Below are positions 1 through 10,147 of a stretch of 64,000 nucleotides of DNA, one piece after another; position 1 is the first letter of the stretch, and each line of letters begins with the position of its first letter. A program made the position numbers and the translations under genes. Below the pieces are notes generated by a model. The model was not told the DNA's origin, made no database searches, and saw only the letters and a program-made list of their open reading frames with translations. The DNA is from an uncultured Verrucomicrobiae bacterium. Its GTDB lineage: Bacteria > Verrucomicrobiota > Verrucomicrobiia > Chthoniobacterales > Chthoniobacteraceae. Location of the stretch: positions 480,001-544,000 of the forward strand of contig CAVYKI010000009.1 of assembly GCA_963769025.1 (NCBI GenBank). The letters are read 5' to 3'.

Positions 1-77
1 AGACGATCGTTTACAACCACCTCAACCAGCCGCGCGAACTGGTGAAGGCGAAGCCGGTGAACGAGCTGTTCGCCTGA
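1..77 (+). CDS. 3' end of a gene running in from the left edge, DUF1501-like C-terminus
   Basis: Frame from nt 3 reads TIVYNHLNQPRELVKAKPVNELFA-stop (TGA 75-77), resembling DUF1501 C-termini in PVC bacteria. Confidence 0.5.
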   Translation, partial: TIVYNHLNQPRELVKAKPVNELFA

Positions 78-122
78 CCTCGGGCGCACTCTGCTTCGCA
101 CGGCCCGGGAAGGCACTTTCCC

Positions 123-644
123 TCACGAGCTAAAGACGCGTCGCGCAAGCCTCAGCAGGCGCAGATCGATCCCGAGTCCGGCCCGGCGCACCGCGGCGGT
201 GTTGATTTCGACATGCGGGGTGTCCCCGTCCATCACAAAGCCGATCATCCCGCCCTGCTGCGCGAATCCATCGGATTCACCCACGGTGAGGATGCCCGCC
301 GTTCCGAGGCTATCGAGAATCGCGGCGATGTTTCCGCGTTCCGACTTGCCGATGAAAATGATCTGGCAGTCTTTCAGCTCCTCGATGCTCTTGGAGCGCT
401 TGACGTTCATCTTGGCCAATGCTTCGCCAAATGAATCCTCTCCAAGGATGCCGACCTTGATCGATGTGCTGCTGCCGGGTGGCCACCTCACGAACCCAGG
501 AAATTTCGCCAGCATGTCCGCTTTCTTTGGATACTCCGTCATCGGCTCCTGGGCTTCGAGTCTCTCGGTCCCGAAAAATTGCCCGTACACGCACGCAACC
601 ATCGCGCCGAGAATCGCCTGACACAGAAGGCGTCTGCGCGCCAT
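123..644 (-). CDS. YfiR/DUF4154-family periplasmic protein
   Basis: EYxxKA..L.KF..FV.WP, C.IIFIG.SE, ILTVGES.GF....GGMIGF and EIN..A..RAGL motifs; start placed at ATG 644 (MARRRLL signal-like). Confidence 0.8.
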   Translation of the reverse strand: MARRRLLCQAILGAMVACVYGQFFGTERLEAQEPMTEYPKKADMLAKFPGFVRWPPGSSTSIKVGILGEDSFGEALAKMNVKRSKSIEELKDCQIIFIGKSERGNIAAILDSLGTAGILTVGESDGFAQQGGMIGFVMDGDTPHVEINTAAVRRAGLGIDLRLLRLARRVFSS

Positions 645-960
645 CGCCGGGAAGGCGAAGTCATCCTCCTGGGCATCCGCCTGATGAGATGGGATCACGG
701 AATCGCGATGCCGGGCTGGCCACTGTTGCTGCCGATCCACACCGTCCGGATCGCACAGCGGGCAGCTCCGATGCTGACTTACCGCTTTCATGCAGGATTC
801 CATGGTACTACGGGTTGAGATTCCGTCTGCCGCCTTTGTAGGCAAATCTTCCGGCGAATGTCGATTGGAAATCGGAACGCTGCATTATGCTCCTGTCGCC
901 CCGTTTTCACTTTTCGGAGCGCGATGCGTGGCTGGTGACCTTGAACTACGGCAACCCGGC

Positions 961-1563
961 CTATTTCGCTTCCTTGGCCGGTGCGCTGCCGAGCTTAAGC
1001 GTCGGAACCTTTGCTTCGTCGCTCACGTTCAGCGCCACCCAGTGCCCTGCAATCGCATGCGTCGGAACGCCGCAGGCGATCCCATATTGGCCCCGATCGC
1101 CGGCCTTGAATGAAAAGGTCGCCTTGGACGTGCTCATCCCGCGGACGGGGTCGGGCGTGGACGCGCCTTTGAACGCCGGTTCTCCGAGTTGCACCTTTTT
1201 CAGCATGTCGCGCTCCACCACGATTGCGCTGTGCGGCGATGGACTTGGATTGATGAACGTCACTTCGACCGTCCATCCGGTTGGAATCGTGTAGATCGCG
1301 CTTCCGTTGGCGTGGCCGTTCAGATTCATCCACGAGTTCGCGTCAGAAAATGCGACCACCAATGTGACTTTTGCGGTTTTCGGCTGGTCGCCGAGCTTAA
1401 GAAAATCAGCCTCGCCGATCCCCGCCATGAGTTCCTTCTTCAAGCCCGCGCCGGCATGCACGGCGGGATCGTGGATCAGAGGGCTTTCAGCCGCTTGGGC
1501 GACCCATGCAAATGCGAGGAATGCAACGAAGCGCGGCAGCGACCGGAAACGGATGCCATTCAT
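961..1563 (-). CDS. Sulfocyanin/SoxE-like cupredoxin (copper-binding protein)
   Basis: Signal peptide; NLNG..NG, IPTGWTV.VTF.N, PHS and C-terminal CGVPTHAIAGHW copper loop. Confidence 0.8.
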   Translation of the reverse strand: MNGIRFRSLPRFVAFLAFAWVAQAAESPLIHDPAVHAGAGLKKELMAGIGEADFLKLGDQPKTAKVTLVVAFSDANSWMNLNGHANGSAIYTIPTGWTVEVTFINPSPSPHSAIVVERDMLKKVQLGEPAFKGASTPDPVRGMSTSKATFSFKAGDRGQYGIACGVPTHAIAGHWVALNVSDEAKVPTLKLGSAPAKEAK

Positions 1564-1648
1564 GACCGATAATCCGCGGAAGCTGGCGCACCGATTTGAG
1601 GTCCTGGCATTGGGCATTTTGGCGAGGCGCTCGTGGAAGTGAGGCGGG

Positions 1649-2998
1649 CTACTTTGCCTGCAGTGGAGCTGTCACGGCCCCCGCGGGCACTTTGTCGGCG
1701 GGGACGATTTTCCACAGTGCGCCGCGCTCGCTTTGGTAAGGATCGACCGGCCCACCGTAGTTCGCGGTCGCATGCGTGACATAGAGGTTGCCTTCCTCGT
1801 CTTCGCCGCCACTGGTCGGGAGCAGTTTGATATCGAGGTCGAGCAGCTCTTGCATCTGCCATTTCCCGGCGTCGTCGCGCTTCAAGCCCCACACTTTCCC
1901 GCTCCCCCAATCGGCGGCGAAATACACGCCGTCGAGCGATGGGTAATCTTTCCCGCGGTAAACGCCAATTCCGACTACGCAGGTGCCTTGATCGATGTGG
2001 TTGTATTCCGCGACCGGCAGGACGCCGATGCGCGGAGCGCCTTTTTCCAGTTCGATGGGAAAGGGGTGGCTTCCGTGCAGCAATTTCCAGCCGTAGTTTT
2101 CGCCCCCTTTGCTGGCGGCAGGCTGGAAGTCGATCTCCTCCCAGAAATTCTGGCCGACGTCCGCGATGTACAGATCGCCGGTTTTTCGGTCGAAGGAAAA
2201 CGTCCACGGGTTGCGCAGGCCGTAAGCCCATATCTCGGGTTTCGCGCGCGGACGAATTTTCGAGAATGCCAGCTCACTCACTCCGAAGAGTGTCATCTGC
2301 TGCAGAGGCGTGATGAATGGGTTGTCCTTCGGAATGTTGTATGCGCGATCCGGCGTCTCGGAACCCACATCGATGCGCAGCATCTTCCCGAGCCATGTGT
2401 GCAAGTCCTGCCCGGAATTCAGCACGTCGCCCTCCCAGCCACCATCCCCGACGCCGATGTAGAGATATCCGTCCGGACCGAATGCCACTTTGCCGCCGTG
2501 GTGATTGCAGTAGGGGAAGTCGATCTGCATGATGACACGCGCGCTTTCAGGGTCAGCCTTGTCGGGGTTGTCCTTCGAAACGCGATACTCGGTAATCAAG
2601 GTCGAACCATTGAACCAGAGGTCGGCGTAGCTGACGTAAACGATCCCGTTCTCCTTAAATTTCGGGTGAAACTCGATGCAGTAGAGCCCCTCCTCGATGA
2701 ACGAACTGAGCGTCTTGTCGCGAATATCGAGAAAGGGTTTTTCGAGCAGTTTGCCATTCTTGACGATTCGCACCACGCCGGGGCGTTCGCACACGAAGAT
2801 GCGGCCTGAGCCATCCTTCGGGGCGGAGACGTGGATCGGATCCACGAGGCCATCGACGACTTTAACGAGGCTGATGGCGACGTTTCCCGGAAGTTTTCCG
2901 CCAGGCTGAACCGGAAGGATTCCGTTTTCCGCAGCGAGCGCCGCGAGGGTGGAAGCCGCGAATCCGGCGGCGAGGAACGTGAGGGTAGTGAGTTTCAT
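1649..2998 (-). CDS. PQQ-dependent sugar dehydrogenase (glucose/sorbosone dehydrogenase family)
   Basis: Signal peptide; FHPKF..NG, NHHGG..AFGPDGYLYIGVGDGG, GKMLRIDV, IWAYGLRNPW..SFD, ADVGQ..WEEI, NYGW. Confidence 0.9.
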   Translation of the reverse strand: MKLTTLTFLAAGFAASTLAALAAENGILPVQPGGKLPGNVAISLVKVVDGLVDPIHVSAPKDGSGRIFVCERPGVVRIVKNGKLLEKPFLDIRDKTLSSFIEEGLYCIEFHPKFKENGIVYVSYADLWFNGSTLITEYRVSKDNPDKADPESARVIMQIDFPYCNHHGGKVAFGPDGYLYIGVGDGGWEGDVLNSGQDLHTWLGKMLRIDVGSETPDRAYNIPKDNPFITPLQQMTLFGVSELAFSKIRPRAKPEIWAYGLRNPWTFSFDRKTGDLYIADVGQNFWEEIDFQPAASKGGENYGWKLLHGSHPFPIELEKGAPRIGVLPVAEYNHIDQGTCVVGIGVYRGKDYPSLDGVYFAADWGSGKVWGLKRDDAGKWQMQELLDLDIKLLPTSGGEDEEGNLYVTHATANYGGPVDPYQSERGALWKIVPADKVPAGAVTAPLQAK

Positions 2999-3321
2999 AG
3001 GTGCACTTCCGGCTGATGTGTCCAAGGGCTTTCCTGCCAACCGGAGGCTATCGAACGCGAAGACCGCTTGTAAAGAGACGATTCGTGGGTGCGAAGCTTG
3101 TCCCCGCTTCGGTTTTGGATCTGGAGCTTTGAGGCGTTTATCCCCGGGGAGCTCTCGTCATGGGTGAACGGCATCACCGCGAAACGGGCATGCCATCTTT
3201 TGCGAATCGCTTCCATGCCGGCACTAAGACACGGGTCCTGCTCCGGGTTGTTCCGGCGACAGCATTCGCCCGTTGCGTCCCGTAGCCGGTGGTGCTAGAT
3301 AGAACCAAACCGAATCCCAAC

Positions 3322-3642
3322 ATGAGCATCACATTCACACCTGTCTTCGCGAACCTTATGGGACCGCAGGGTCTCCTCATCCTTTTCGTGCTGCTCCTCC
3401 TTTTTGGAGCGAAAAAGCTTCCCGACCTCGCAAAGGGGCTCGGTCAGGCGATTCGTGAGTTCTCCAAGGCGAAGAACGACATCACCGACGAGATCATGCG
3501 CGAATCCGTGACGCCGCCCGCGCCTTCGAGGCAGATCGAAACGCCAGTCCAGACCGCTGCGACCCAGCAACCTGCCGGCACCCAGCCCACCTCGACGCAA
3601 CAGCCTGCCCGGTCCCCCGAGCACACACAGACCCACGTCTGA
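3322..3642 (+). CDS. tatA: Twin-arginine translocase TatA/E subunit
   Basis: TM helix followed by LLFGAKKLPDLAKGLGQAIREFSKA and a low-complexity tail. Confidence 0.9.
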   Translation: MSITFTPVFANLMGPQGLLILFVLLLLFGAKKLPDLAKGLGQAIREFSKAKNDITDEIMRESVTPPAPSRQIETPVQTAATQQPAGTQPTSTQQPARSPEHTQTHV

Positions 3643-3663
3643 GTCGCGCTTCCAACTCTTTCA

Positions 3664-3701
3664 AGAAAAGGCTCGCCCACACGGCGGGCCTTTTCTTTTT
3701 T
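3664..3701 (+). terminator. Rho-independent terminator after tatA
   Basis: AGAAAAGGCTCGCC-cacac-GGCGGGCCTTTTCT stem followed by a T-run. Confidence 0.8.
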
Positions 3702-3711
3702 GTGCCCCGTC

Positions 3712-4617
3712 ATGAAAAGGTTGCTTCTCCTGTTGTTGGTGGCGCTCGTCGCTCCGCTGCGTGCGGAGGAGCGTGACCCGGCGGCGGGCATCGTCTTTTG
3801 CTCGTACAACCTTCGCAACTACATCGGGCTCGACCAGGCTTCCGCGGTGCGCAAGACGAAGGCAAAGCCTGAGAAGGAAATCGAAGCGCTCATTCGCGTG
3901 ATCCGCGAAATCAATCCCGACGTGCTGGGTGTTTGCGAAATGGGATCACCTGCAGCGTTCGAGGACTTCAAGGCGCGGCTCGAGAAGGCGGGGCTCGGCT
4001 ACAAGGACAGCGAGTTTCTCCAGGCTGACGACGAGGATCGCCACCTCGCGCTGGTAAGCCGTTTTCCCATCGTGCGGCGCGATTCGGTCGCAAAGGTCCG
4101 TTTCGCGCTCAATGGCACGCAGCAATCCGTGAAACGCGGCTTTCTCGATGTGACTGTGCGCGTCGCGCCCGGCTACGAACTCCGCTGCGTGGGCGTGCAT
4201 CTCAAGTCCAAGCTCCCGGTGCCCGAGGGCGAGGCGCTCCTCCGCCGGCACGAGGCGGCGAAGCTCCGCGAGCATCTCGACGCGATCCTCTCCGCGAATC
4301 CCGCGGCGAATCTGCTCTGCTACGGCGACTTCAACGACGCAAAGAACCAGCCGATGTTCACCGAGGTGAGCGGCGTCCGCGGTACGGCGAATCACATGGC
4401 GGATCTCCCGGCGCGCGATGTCCACGGGGATCGCTGGACGCATCACTGGCCGGTCGCCGACGAGTATGCGCGCATCGACTACCTGTTCGTTTCGCCCGGG
4501 CTTTTGCCGGAGGTGAAACGCGACACGGCGAAGGTCTATCGTTCCGATTTCTGGGAGCAGGCGAGCGATCACCGGCCCGTCTTCGTGACGATCGTGCCGG
4601 TGGAAAAGAACCGCTGA
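3712..4617 (+). CDS. Endonuclease/exonuclease/phosphatase family protein, secreted
   Basis: SYNLRNY, PDVLGVCE, VHLKSK, GDFND, RIDYLF and ASDHRPV EEP motifs. Confidence 0.9.
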   Translation: MKRLLLLLLVALVAPLRAEERDPAAGIVFCSYNLRNYIGLDQASAVRKTKAKPEKEIEALIRVIREINPDVLGVCEMGSPAAFEDFKARLEKAGLGYKDSEFLQADDEDRHLALVSRFPIVRRDSVAKVRFALNGTQQSVKRGFLDVTVRVAPGYELRCVGVHLKSKLPVPEGEALLRRHEAAKLREHLDAILSANPAANLLCYGDFNDAKNQPMFTEVSGVRGTANHMADLPARDVHGDRWTHHWPVADEYARIDYLFVSPGLLPEVKRDTAKVYRSDFWEQASDHRPVFVTIVPVEKNR

Positions 4618-4715
4618 ATTTTCCTGTCGGGCAGTCGTGCTGCGCGCGGCAATGCCGGGATGAAAGGCGCTGCCCCAGCCTTGCCACTGGCCGCGCGAAT
4701 CCGGAGGCTCCCCGA

Positions 4716-5747
4716 ATGCATCGCATCCTCCGCTGCCTCCTCATTTTTTTCTCCGCAAGCCTCTTCGCGGGGGATGCCCGTGATGACTGGGCGGCGTCGA
4801 TAGCCTTGGATGCAGGGCCCGGCGTGGATCCGAAAAATGCCGCCGATGCCATCGCGCTCTCGCTGGGGCACACGGAGAGGCAGGAAAAGGCGCTGCGTGG
4901 TTTTCTCAAAGCCCATCCCGACGATGTGCGTGCGTTCGAGGCGATGCTGCGTCTTGCGCGCGTGCTCGATCTGCGGGCGGAGATGAAGGCGCAGCCCGCC
5001 TCCGAGGAAGCGGCCAGCCTGATGGATGCGGCCGGACGAATGGCCGCGACGCCGGAGCGCCGGACCGAACTGGAATTTGCACATCTCACGCGGCGAATGC
5101 GCAAGTGGCGCAACAAGCGCCCGCCCATCGAAGAGCGGCGTGCGCTTCTTGAGCAGGCGCGGAAATTTGAATCCGCGTATCCCGAGGATAGGCGCACGCC
5201 GTCGCTCATCGCGGAGATTGCGGCGCTCTTCGATTTCGAGCCCGCGACCAAGGAGGCCCTGCTGCTGAGGGCAAAAAGAGTCGCGACGGATCCGGAATTG
5301 AAGGCACAAATCGCAGACGATCTCAGACGGCTGGCATTTCTCGGAAAGCCCCTGCCGCTGCGTTTTACCGCGCTCGATGGCCGTCGGGTCGATGTGAAAA
5401 CCTGGCAGGGAAAAGTCGTCGGGATCGTCTTCTTCACGACATGGTCCGAGCCGTCGCGGGCCGGGCTGTTTGCGCTCAGGCAGGCCACTGCGGCAGCCGG
5501 CGAGCGCGCGGAGTTCATTGCGATAAGCATCGATACGAACCGGGCCGACCTCGACGGATTCCTGCGCGCCAATGGCGTCACCTGCCCGATCGGATGGGAT
5601 GGAAAGGGCTGGGATGGACCGTTGATTCAGGCGCTCGGCATCAACTCCGTGCCGACCGCGTGGCTCCTCGATACGAAGGGCGTCCTCCGTTCGCTCGACG
5701 CGCTGGAGGAGCCCGGGGAGCAGATCCGCCGGTTGCTCGGAAGATAG
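4716..5747 (+). CDS. TlpA/ResA-like thioredoxin-fold protein with helical N-terminal domain; CxxC replaced by SEPS
   Basis: GKPL.L.FTALDGR.VD....GKVV...FF.TWSEPS ... ISID ... GINSVPT.WLLD.KG. Confidence 0.75.
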   Translation: MHRILRCLLIFFSASLFAGDARDDWAASIALDAGPGVDPKNAADAIALSLGHTERQEKALRGFLKAHPDDVRAFEAMLRLARVLDLRAEMKAQPASEEAASLMDAAGRMAATPERRTELEFAHLTRRMRKWRNKRPPIEERRALLEQARKFESAYPEDRRTPSLIAEIAALFDFEPATKEALLLRAKRVATDPELKAQIADDLRRLAFLGKPLPLRFTALDGRRVDVKTWQGKVVGIVFFTTWSEPSRAGLFALRQATAAAGERAEFIAISIDTNRADLDGFLRANGVTCPIGWDGKGWDGPLIQALGINSVPTAWLLDTKGVLRSLDALEEPGEQIRRLLGR

Positions 5748-5816
5748 CGTCGCGAGTCGCAGGCTTGCTCCGCGCGCGCCGGTGCGCTTCCCTCTCGCGA
5801 CTTCACAACACGAGAC

Positions 5817-8654
5817 ATGAGCAACGACACATTCAAGACGCTGGGGACCTTCGAACTGGGCAATGGAAAGCAGGGTAAATTTTTCAGCCTGCCCGCCCTC
5901 GAAAAGCAGGGGCTGGGACCGATTTCCAAACTGCCGATCTCCATCCGCATCGTGCTCGAGTCGGTGCTGCGCAACTGCGACGGGAAAAAGGTGAACCCGA
6001 AGGACGTCGAGACGCTCGCGAACTGGAACGCGAAGGCTCCGGAGCCGGTCGAGATCCCGTTCGTCGTCGCGCGCGTGGTGCTGCAGGATTTCACCGGCGT
6101 GCCGCTGCTCGTGGACCTCGCCGCGATGCGCTCCACGGTGCACAGTCTCGGCCGCGACCCGAAGCTGATCGAGCCGCTCGTGCCCGTGGACCTCGTCGTG
6201 GATCACTCGGTGCAGGTGGATTTCTTCGGCAGCTCGGACGCGCTCCGGCTGAATCTCGATCTCGAATTCAAACGCAACCGCGAGCGCTATGAGCTGCTCA
6301 AGTGGGGCCAGCAGGCGTTCAAGACGTTTGGCGTCGTGCCGCCGGGCATTGGCATCGTGCACCAGGTGAACCTCGAATACCTCGCGAAGGGCGTGCTGGA
6401 AAAAGGCGGCGTCCACTATCCGGACACGCTCGTCGGCACGGACTCGCACACGACGATGATCAACGGCCTTGGCGTCGTCGGCTGGGGCGTCGGCGGCATC
6501 GAGGCGGAGGCCGCGATGCTCGGGCAGCCGGTCTATTTCCTCACGCCGGAAGTCGTCGGCGTGCACCTCACCGGCGCGCTCCGCGAAGGCGTCACCGCGA
6601 CGGATCTCGTGCTGCACGTTACGCAGATGCTGCGCAAGGCGAAGGTCGTCGGGAAGTTTGTCGAGTTCTTCGGCCCCGGCGCAAAATCGCTGCCGGTGGT
6701 GGACCGCGCGACGATCGCAAACATGGCGCCCGAGTACGGCGCGACGATGGGTTTCTTCGGCATCGACGAGGAGACCGTCGCCTACCTGCGCGGCACCGGC
6801 CGGACCGAGGAGCACTGCAAGACCTTCGAGAATTACTACAAGGCGCAGGGCCTATGGGGCATTCCCGCGAAGGGCCAGTGCGACTACAGCGTGGAACTGG
6901 AACTCGACATCTCGACCGTCGTCCCCGGTGTCGCCGGTCCGAAGCGCCCGCAGGATCACATCGATCTGCCGGCGCTGAAAAGCACGTTCGCCTCGCTCTT
7001 TTCGAAGGCGCTCCCCGAGGGTGGCTACGGCAAGGTCGCTGGCGACCTCGGCAAGCGGTTCGATGTGCATCTCAATGGCGGCAATCACGGCGGCGGCCGC
7101 GAGATGGCATCGACCGATTCCACGACGAATTTCCCGAAGGAAGGAGCCCCGAAGGACCAGGTGGAGATGATCTCCAATCGCCCGACGCCCGACGCTGCAA
7201 GCGATCTGCCGCGTTCGGCCTACAAGATCGCCGATGTGAAGGTCGGCCATGGTTCCGTGCTGATCGCCGCAATCACCTCGTGCACGAATACGAGCAATCC
7301 CAGCGTCATGCTCGCAGCCGGTCTCCTCGCAAAGAAGGCCGTCGAACGCGGACTCACTGTGAGCCCCGCCGTGAAGACTTCGCTCGGACCCGGATCGCGC
7401 GTGGTCACGGACTATCTCACGAAGACCGGACTCCAGCCGTTCCTCGATCAGCTCGGCTTCCAGACCGTCGGCTACGGCTGCACCACGTGCATCGGCAACA
7501 GCGGCCCGCTGCATCCCGCGCTGGAGGAGGCCATCGCAAAGAACGACCTCATCGCTGCGAGTGTGCTCTCGGGCAACCGCAACTTCGAGGCGCGCGTCCA
7601 CCAGAACATCAAGGCGAACTTCCTCATGTCGCCGCCGCTCGTCGTCGCCTTCGCGCTCGCGGGCCATGTGGACATCGACCTCACCACCGAGCCGCTCGGC
7701 ACCGGCAAGGACGGCAAGCCGGTCTTCCTGAAAGAAATCTGGCCCAGTCTCGCCGAGGTGCGCAACGCGATGAGCAGCGCCCTCTCGCCGGAAATCTTCC
7801 GCAAGCTCTACAGCGACTTCGCCTCGCAGAATCCGAAGTGGAACGAAATCCCCGGCACCGTCGGCGAAGTCTTCGAGTGGAACCGCGAGAGCACGTACGT
7901 GCAGGAGCCGCCGTTCTTCACCGGGTTCTCGATGACGCCCGGCCACATCACCGAGATCAAAGGCGCGCGCCCGCTCGGCATTTTCGGCGACTCGGTCACC
8001 ACGGATCACATCAGCCCCGCCGGCGCGATCAAGAAGGCCAGCCCGGCTGGGAAATTCCTCATGGAGCACGGCGTCGCCTACGAGGATTTCAACAGCTACG
8101 GCAGCCGACGCGGCAACGACCGCATCATGACGCGCGGCACTTTTGCCAATGTGCGGATCAAGAACCTCATGGTGCCCGGCACCGAGGGTGGCGTGACAAA
8201 GTTCAACGGCGAGACGATGCCCATCTACGACGCCGCGATGAAATACGCGGAGACGAAGACGCCGCTCGTCGTCATTGCCGGGCAGGAATACGGCACCGGC
8301 AGTTCGCGTGACTGGGCGGCGAAAGGCACCTCACTGCTCGGCGTGAAAGCCGTCGTCGCACAGAGCTACGAGCGCATCCACCGCAGCAATCTGTGCGGCA
8401 TGGGCGTGGTCCCGCTCCAATTCCCAGACGGCGTCAGCGCGCAGACGCTGAAGCTCGACGGCACCGAGTCCTTCGACGTGCTCGGCCTCAGCGACGACCT
8501 CAAGCCGCTGAGCGACGTCACGCTCGTCGTCCACCGCGCAAACGGCGCGACGGAAAACGTGAAGGTCCGCTGCCGCATCGATACGGCCATCGAGGTGGAC
8601 TACTACCGCCACGGCGGCATCCTGCCATTCGTGCTGCGGCAATTGCTCGCGTGA
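5817..8654 (+). CDS. acnA: Aconitate hydratase A
   Basis: [62 protein letters not shown]. Confidence 0.98.
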   Translation: MSNDTFKTLGTFELGNGKQGKFFSLPALEKQGLGPISKLPISIRIVLESVLRNCDGKKVNPKDVETLANWNAKAPEPVEIPFVVARVVLQDFTGVPLLVDLAAMRSTVHSLGRDPKLIEPLVPVDLVVDHSVQVDFFGSSDALRLNLDLEFKRNRERYELLKWGQQAFKTFGVVPPGIGIVHQVNLEYLAKGVLEKGGVHYPDTLVGTDSHTTMINGLGVVGWGVGGIEAEAAMLGQPVYFLTPEVVGVHLTGALREGVTATDLVLHVTQMLRKAKVVGKFVEFFGPGAKSLPVVDRATIANMAPEYGATMGFFGIDEETVAYLRGTGRTEEHCKTFENYYKAQGLWGIPAKGQCDYSVELELDISTVVPGVAGPKRPQDHIDLPALKSTFASLFSKALPEGGYGKVAGDLGKRFDVHLNGGNHGGGREMASTDSTTNFPKEGAPKDQVEMISNRPTPDAASDLPRSAYKIADVKVGHGSVLIAAITSCTNTSNPSVMLAAGLLAKKAVERGLTVSPAVKTSLGPGSRVVTDYLTKTGLQPFLDQLGFQTVGYGCTTCIGNSGPLHPALEEAIAKNDLIAASVLSGNRNFEARVHQNIKANFLMSPPLVVAFALAGHVDIDLTTEPLGTGKDGKPVFLKEIWPSLAEVRNAMSSALSPEIFRKLYSDFASQNPKWNEIPGTVGEVFEWNRESTYVQEPPFFTGFSMTPGHITEIKGARPLGIFGDSVTTDHISPAGAIKKASPAGKFLMEHGVAYEDFNSYGSRRGNDRIMTRGTFANVRIKNLMVPGTEGGVTKFNGETMPIYDAAMKYAETKTPLVVIAGQEYGTGSSRDWAAKGTSLLGVKAVVAQSYERIHRSNLCGMGVVPLQFPDGVSAQTLKLDGTESFDVLGLSDDLKPLSDVTLVVHRANGATENVKVRCRIDTAIEVDYYRHGGILPFVLRQLLA

Positions 8655-8694
8655 CCCTGCGACCGGCTGGCCGTGAGCGGGCGGGGGACTGCGC

Positions 8695-10134
8695 ATGAGC
8701 GCGGATCCAATCCGTGAACGATACGATGCGGTGCCATACCGGCACGGTGCCGTTTCCGATTCGCACCCGGCGCGCATCGGGGCCATCGCGCGGATGCTCG
8801 GAATTTCCGCCGCGCCGCCGGATCATTGCCGTGTGCTAGAACTCGGCTGCGGCGAGGGAATGAACCTGCTGCCGCTCGCCGAGCGGTTTCCGACTTCGGA
8901 ATTTGTCGGTGTGGATTTCTCCGCGAAGCAGATCGCTGTTGGCGAGGCGTCGCGCGCTGCGTGCGGGATCGGAAATGCCCGCTTCGTTTGCGCCGACCTG
9001 CGGACATGGAAGCCGGAAGGCGGGGCGTTCGACTACATCATCGCGCACGGCGTTTACTCATGGGTTCCCGTCGAAGTGCGCGACCGGTTGCTGGCGCTCT
9101 GCTCCGAGGCGCTGTCACCGGGGGGCGTCGCGTATGTGAGCTACAATACGCTTCCCGGATGGGGCCTGCCCGGCGGAGTGCGGAAGTTTCTGCTCTCGGA
9201 AATCGGCGCGCCCGAATCTCCAGCGACGCAGATGGCGCGGGCGGTGGCGGTGCTCGATTCGCTCGCGGAGTGCATGAAGGATCAGCCGGGTTCCTATGCC
9301 GCGAATTTGCGCGATACGCTCGCGGACATGCGCGAAAAGCCGCCGGCGTTGCTTTTTCACGACGAACTCGCCGCGGTGAACGAGCCATGCACGTTCCTCG
9401 AATTCACCGGACACGCCGCGCACCATGGGCTGAACTATCTCGCCGAGGCGCACTACGCGACGATGCAATCCTCGCACTTGCCCGCACCGATGCAGTCGGC
9501 GCTGGGCCCGCTGCAACTCGATTTCGCACGCACGCAACAATTCATGGACGTGATTTTCCAGCGCTGGCTGCGCAACAGCCTGCTCACCCGTGCGCCCGTC
9601 TCGCAGGAACGTGCGATCCGCGCGGGAGTGCTCGCCGACTGCGCTCTCGGCCTGCGGATGACGGTGGATGTGGACAGCATCAGTCTCCTGCCGGGTTATC
9701 CGATGCGATTCAGCGGCATCCACGGCCTCATCCTCGAGGCGCGGGAGCCGGTGGAAAAGGCGGTGCTCACCGTGCTCGCGACTTCGTTCCCCGAGCGGCT
9801 TCCGTTTCCGAGGCTTTGCGCGATGGCAAATCAGTCCCTCGCTGAAGTGGGGCTGCCTTGCGTGAGCGACTTTTCCGTGCTGCATGAATTCCTGCACCGA
9901 CTTTTTTCGCTCGATGCGCTCGATGTGATGCTTTGCGGCGACGGCGACTGGCTGAAGGTGAACGCGAATCCGTCACTGAGCCCGTTGATGCGCCATCAGG
10001 CCGCGCACGATCTGCCGCTCACGAACCGCTGGCACGAGCCGGTCGCGCTGACGGAAGATGGGAAGCGCGCGCTGATTGATCCGTCCGCTCGTCCGGATGC
10101 CGCGGCGCTAAAGCGGGCCGGGTTGGTCGTCTGA
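8695..10134 (+). CDS. Class I SAM-dependent methyltransferase with methyltransferase regulatory domain
   Basis: VLELGCGEG.N, FDYIIAHGVYSWV, YVSYNTLPGW, LFHDEL...NEP..F.EF. Confidence 0.85.
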   Translation: MSADPIRERYDAVPYRHGAVSDSHPARIGAIARMLGISAAPPDHCRVLELGCGEGMNLLPLAERFPTSEFVGVDFSAKQIAVGEASRAACGIGNARFVCADLRTWKPEGGAFDYIIAHGVYSWVPVEVRDRLLALCSEALSPGGVAYVSYNTLPGWGLPGGVRKFLLSEIGAPESPATQMARAVAVLDSLAECMKDQPGSYAANLRDTLADMREKPPALLFHDELAAVNEPCTFLEFTGHAAHHGLNYLAEAHYATMQSSHLPAPMQSALGPLQLDFARTQQFMDVIFQRWLRNSLLTRAPVSQERAIRAGVLADCALGLRMTVDVDSISLLPGYPMRFSGIHGLILEAREPVEKAVLTVLATSFPERLPFPRLCAMANQSLAEVGLPCVSDFSVLHEFLHRLFSLDALDVMLCGDGDWLKVNANPSLSPLMRHQAAHDLPLTNRWHEPVALTEDGKRALIDPSARPDAAALKRAGLVV

Positions 10135-10147
10135 TCGTCGTCGTCGG

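Noticed and set aside
3178..3195. Possible sigma-54 promoter (TGGCAT-N5-TTTC on the minus strand) upstream of the PQQ dehydrogenase
   Set aside because: The -12 element lacks the conserved GC at the required spacing
7060..7235. Insertion-like segment in AcnA
   Set aside because: It falls in a linker known to vary in length among AcnA proteins and has no intein motifs
4358..8311. Long antisense and alternative-frame ORFs (4569-6815, 6302-8311; also 17918-20236 and 52809-55091)
   Set aside because: Shadow ORFs of well-supported genes, expected in high-GC DNA with strong codon bias; no protein motifs
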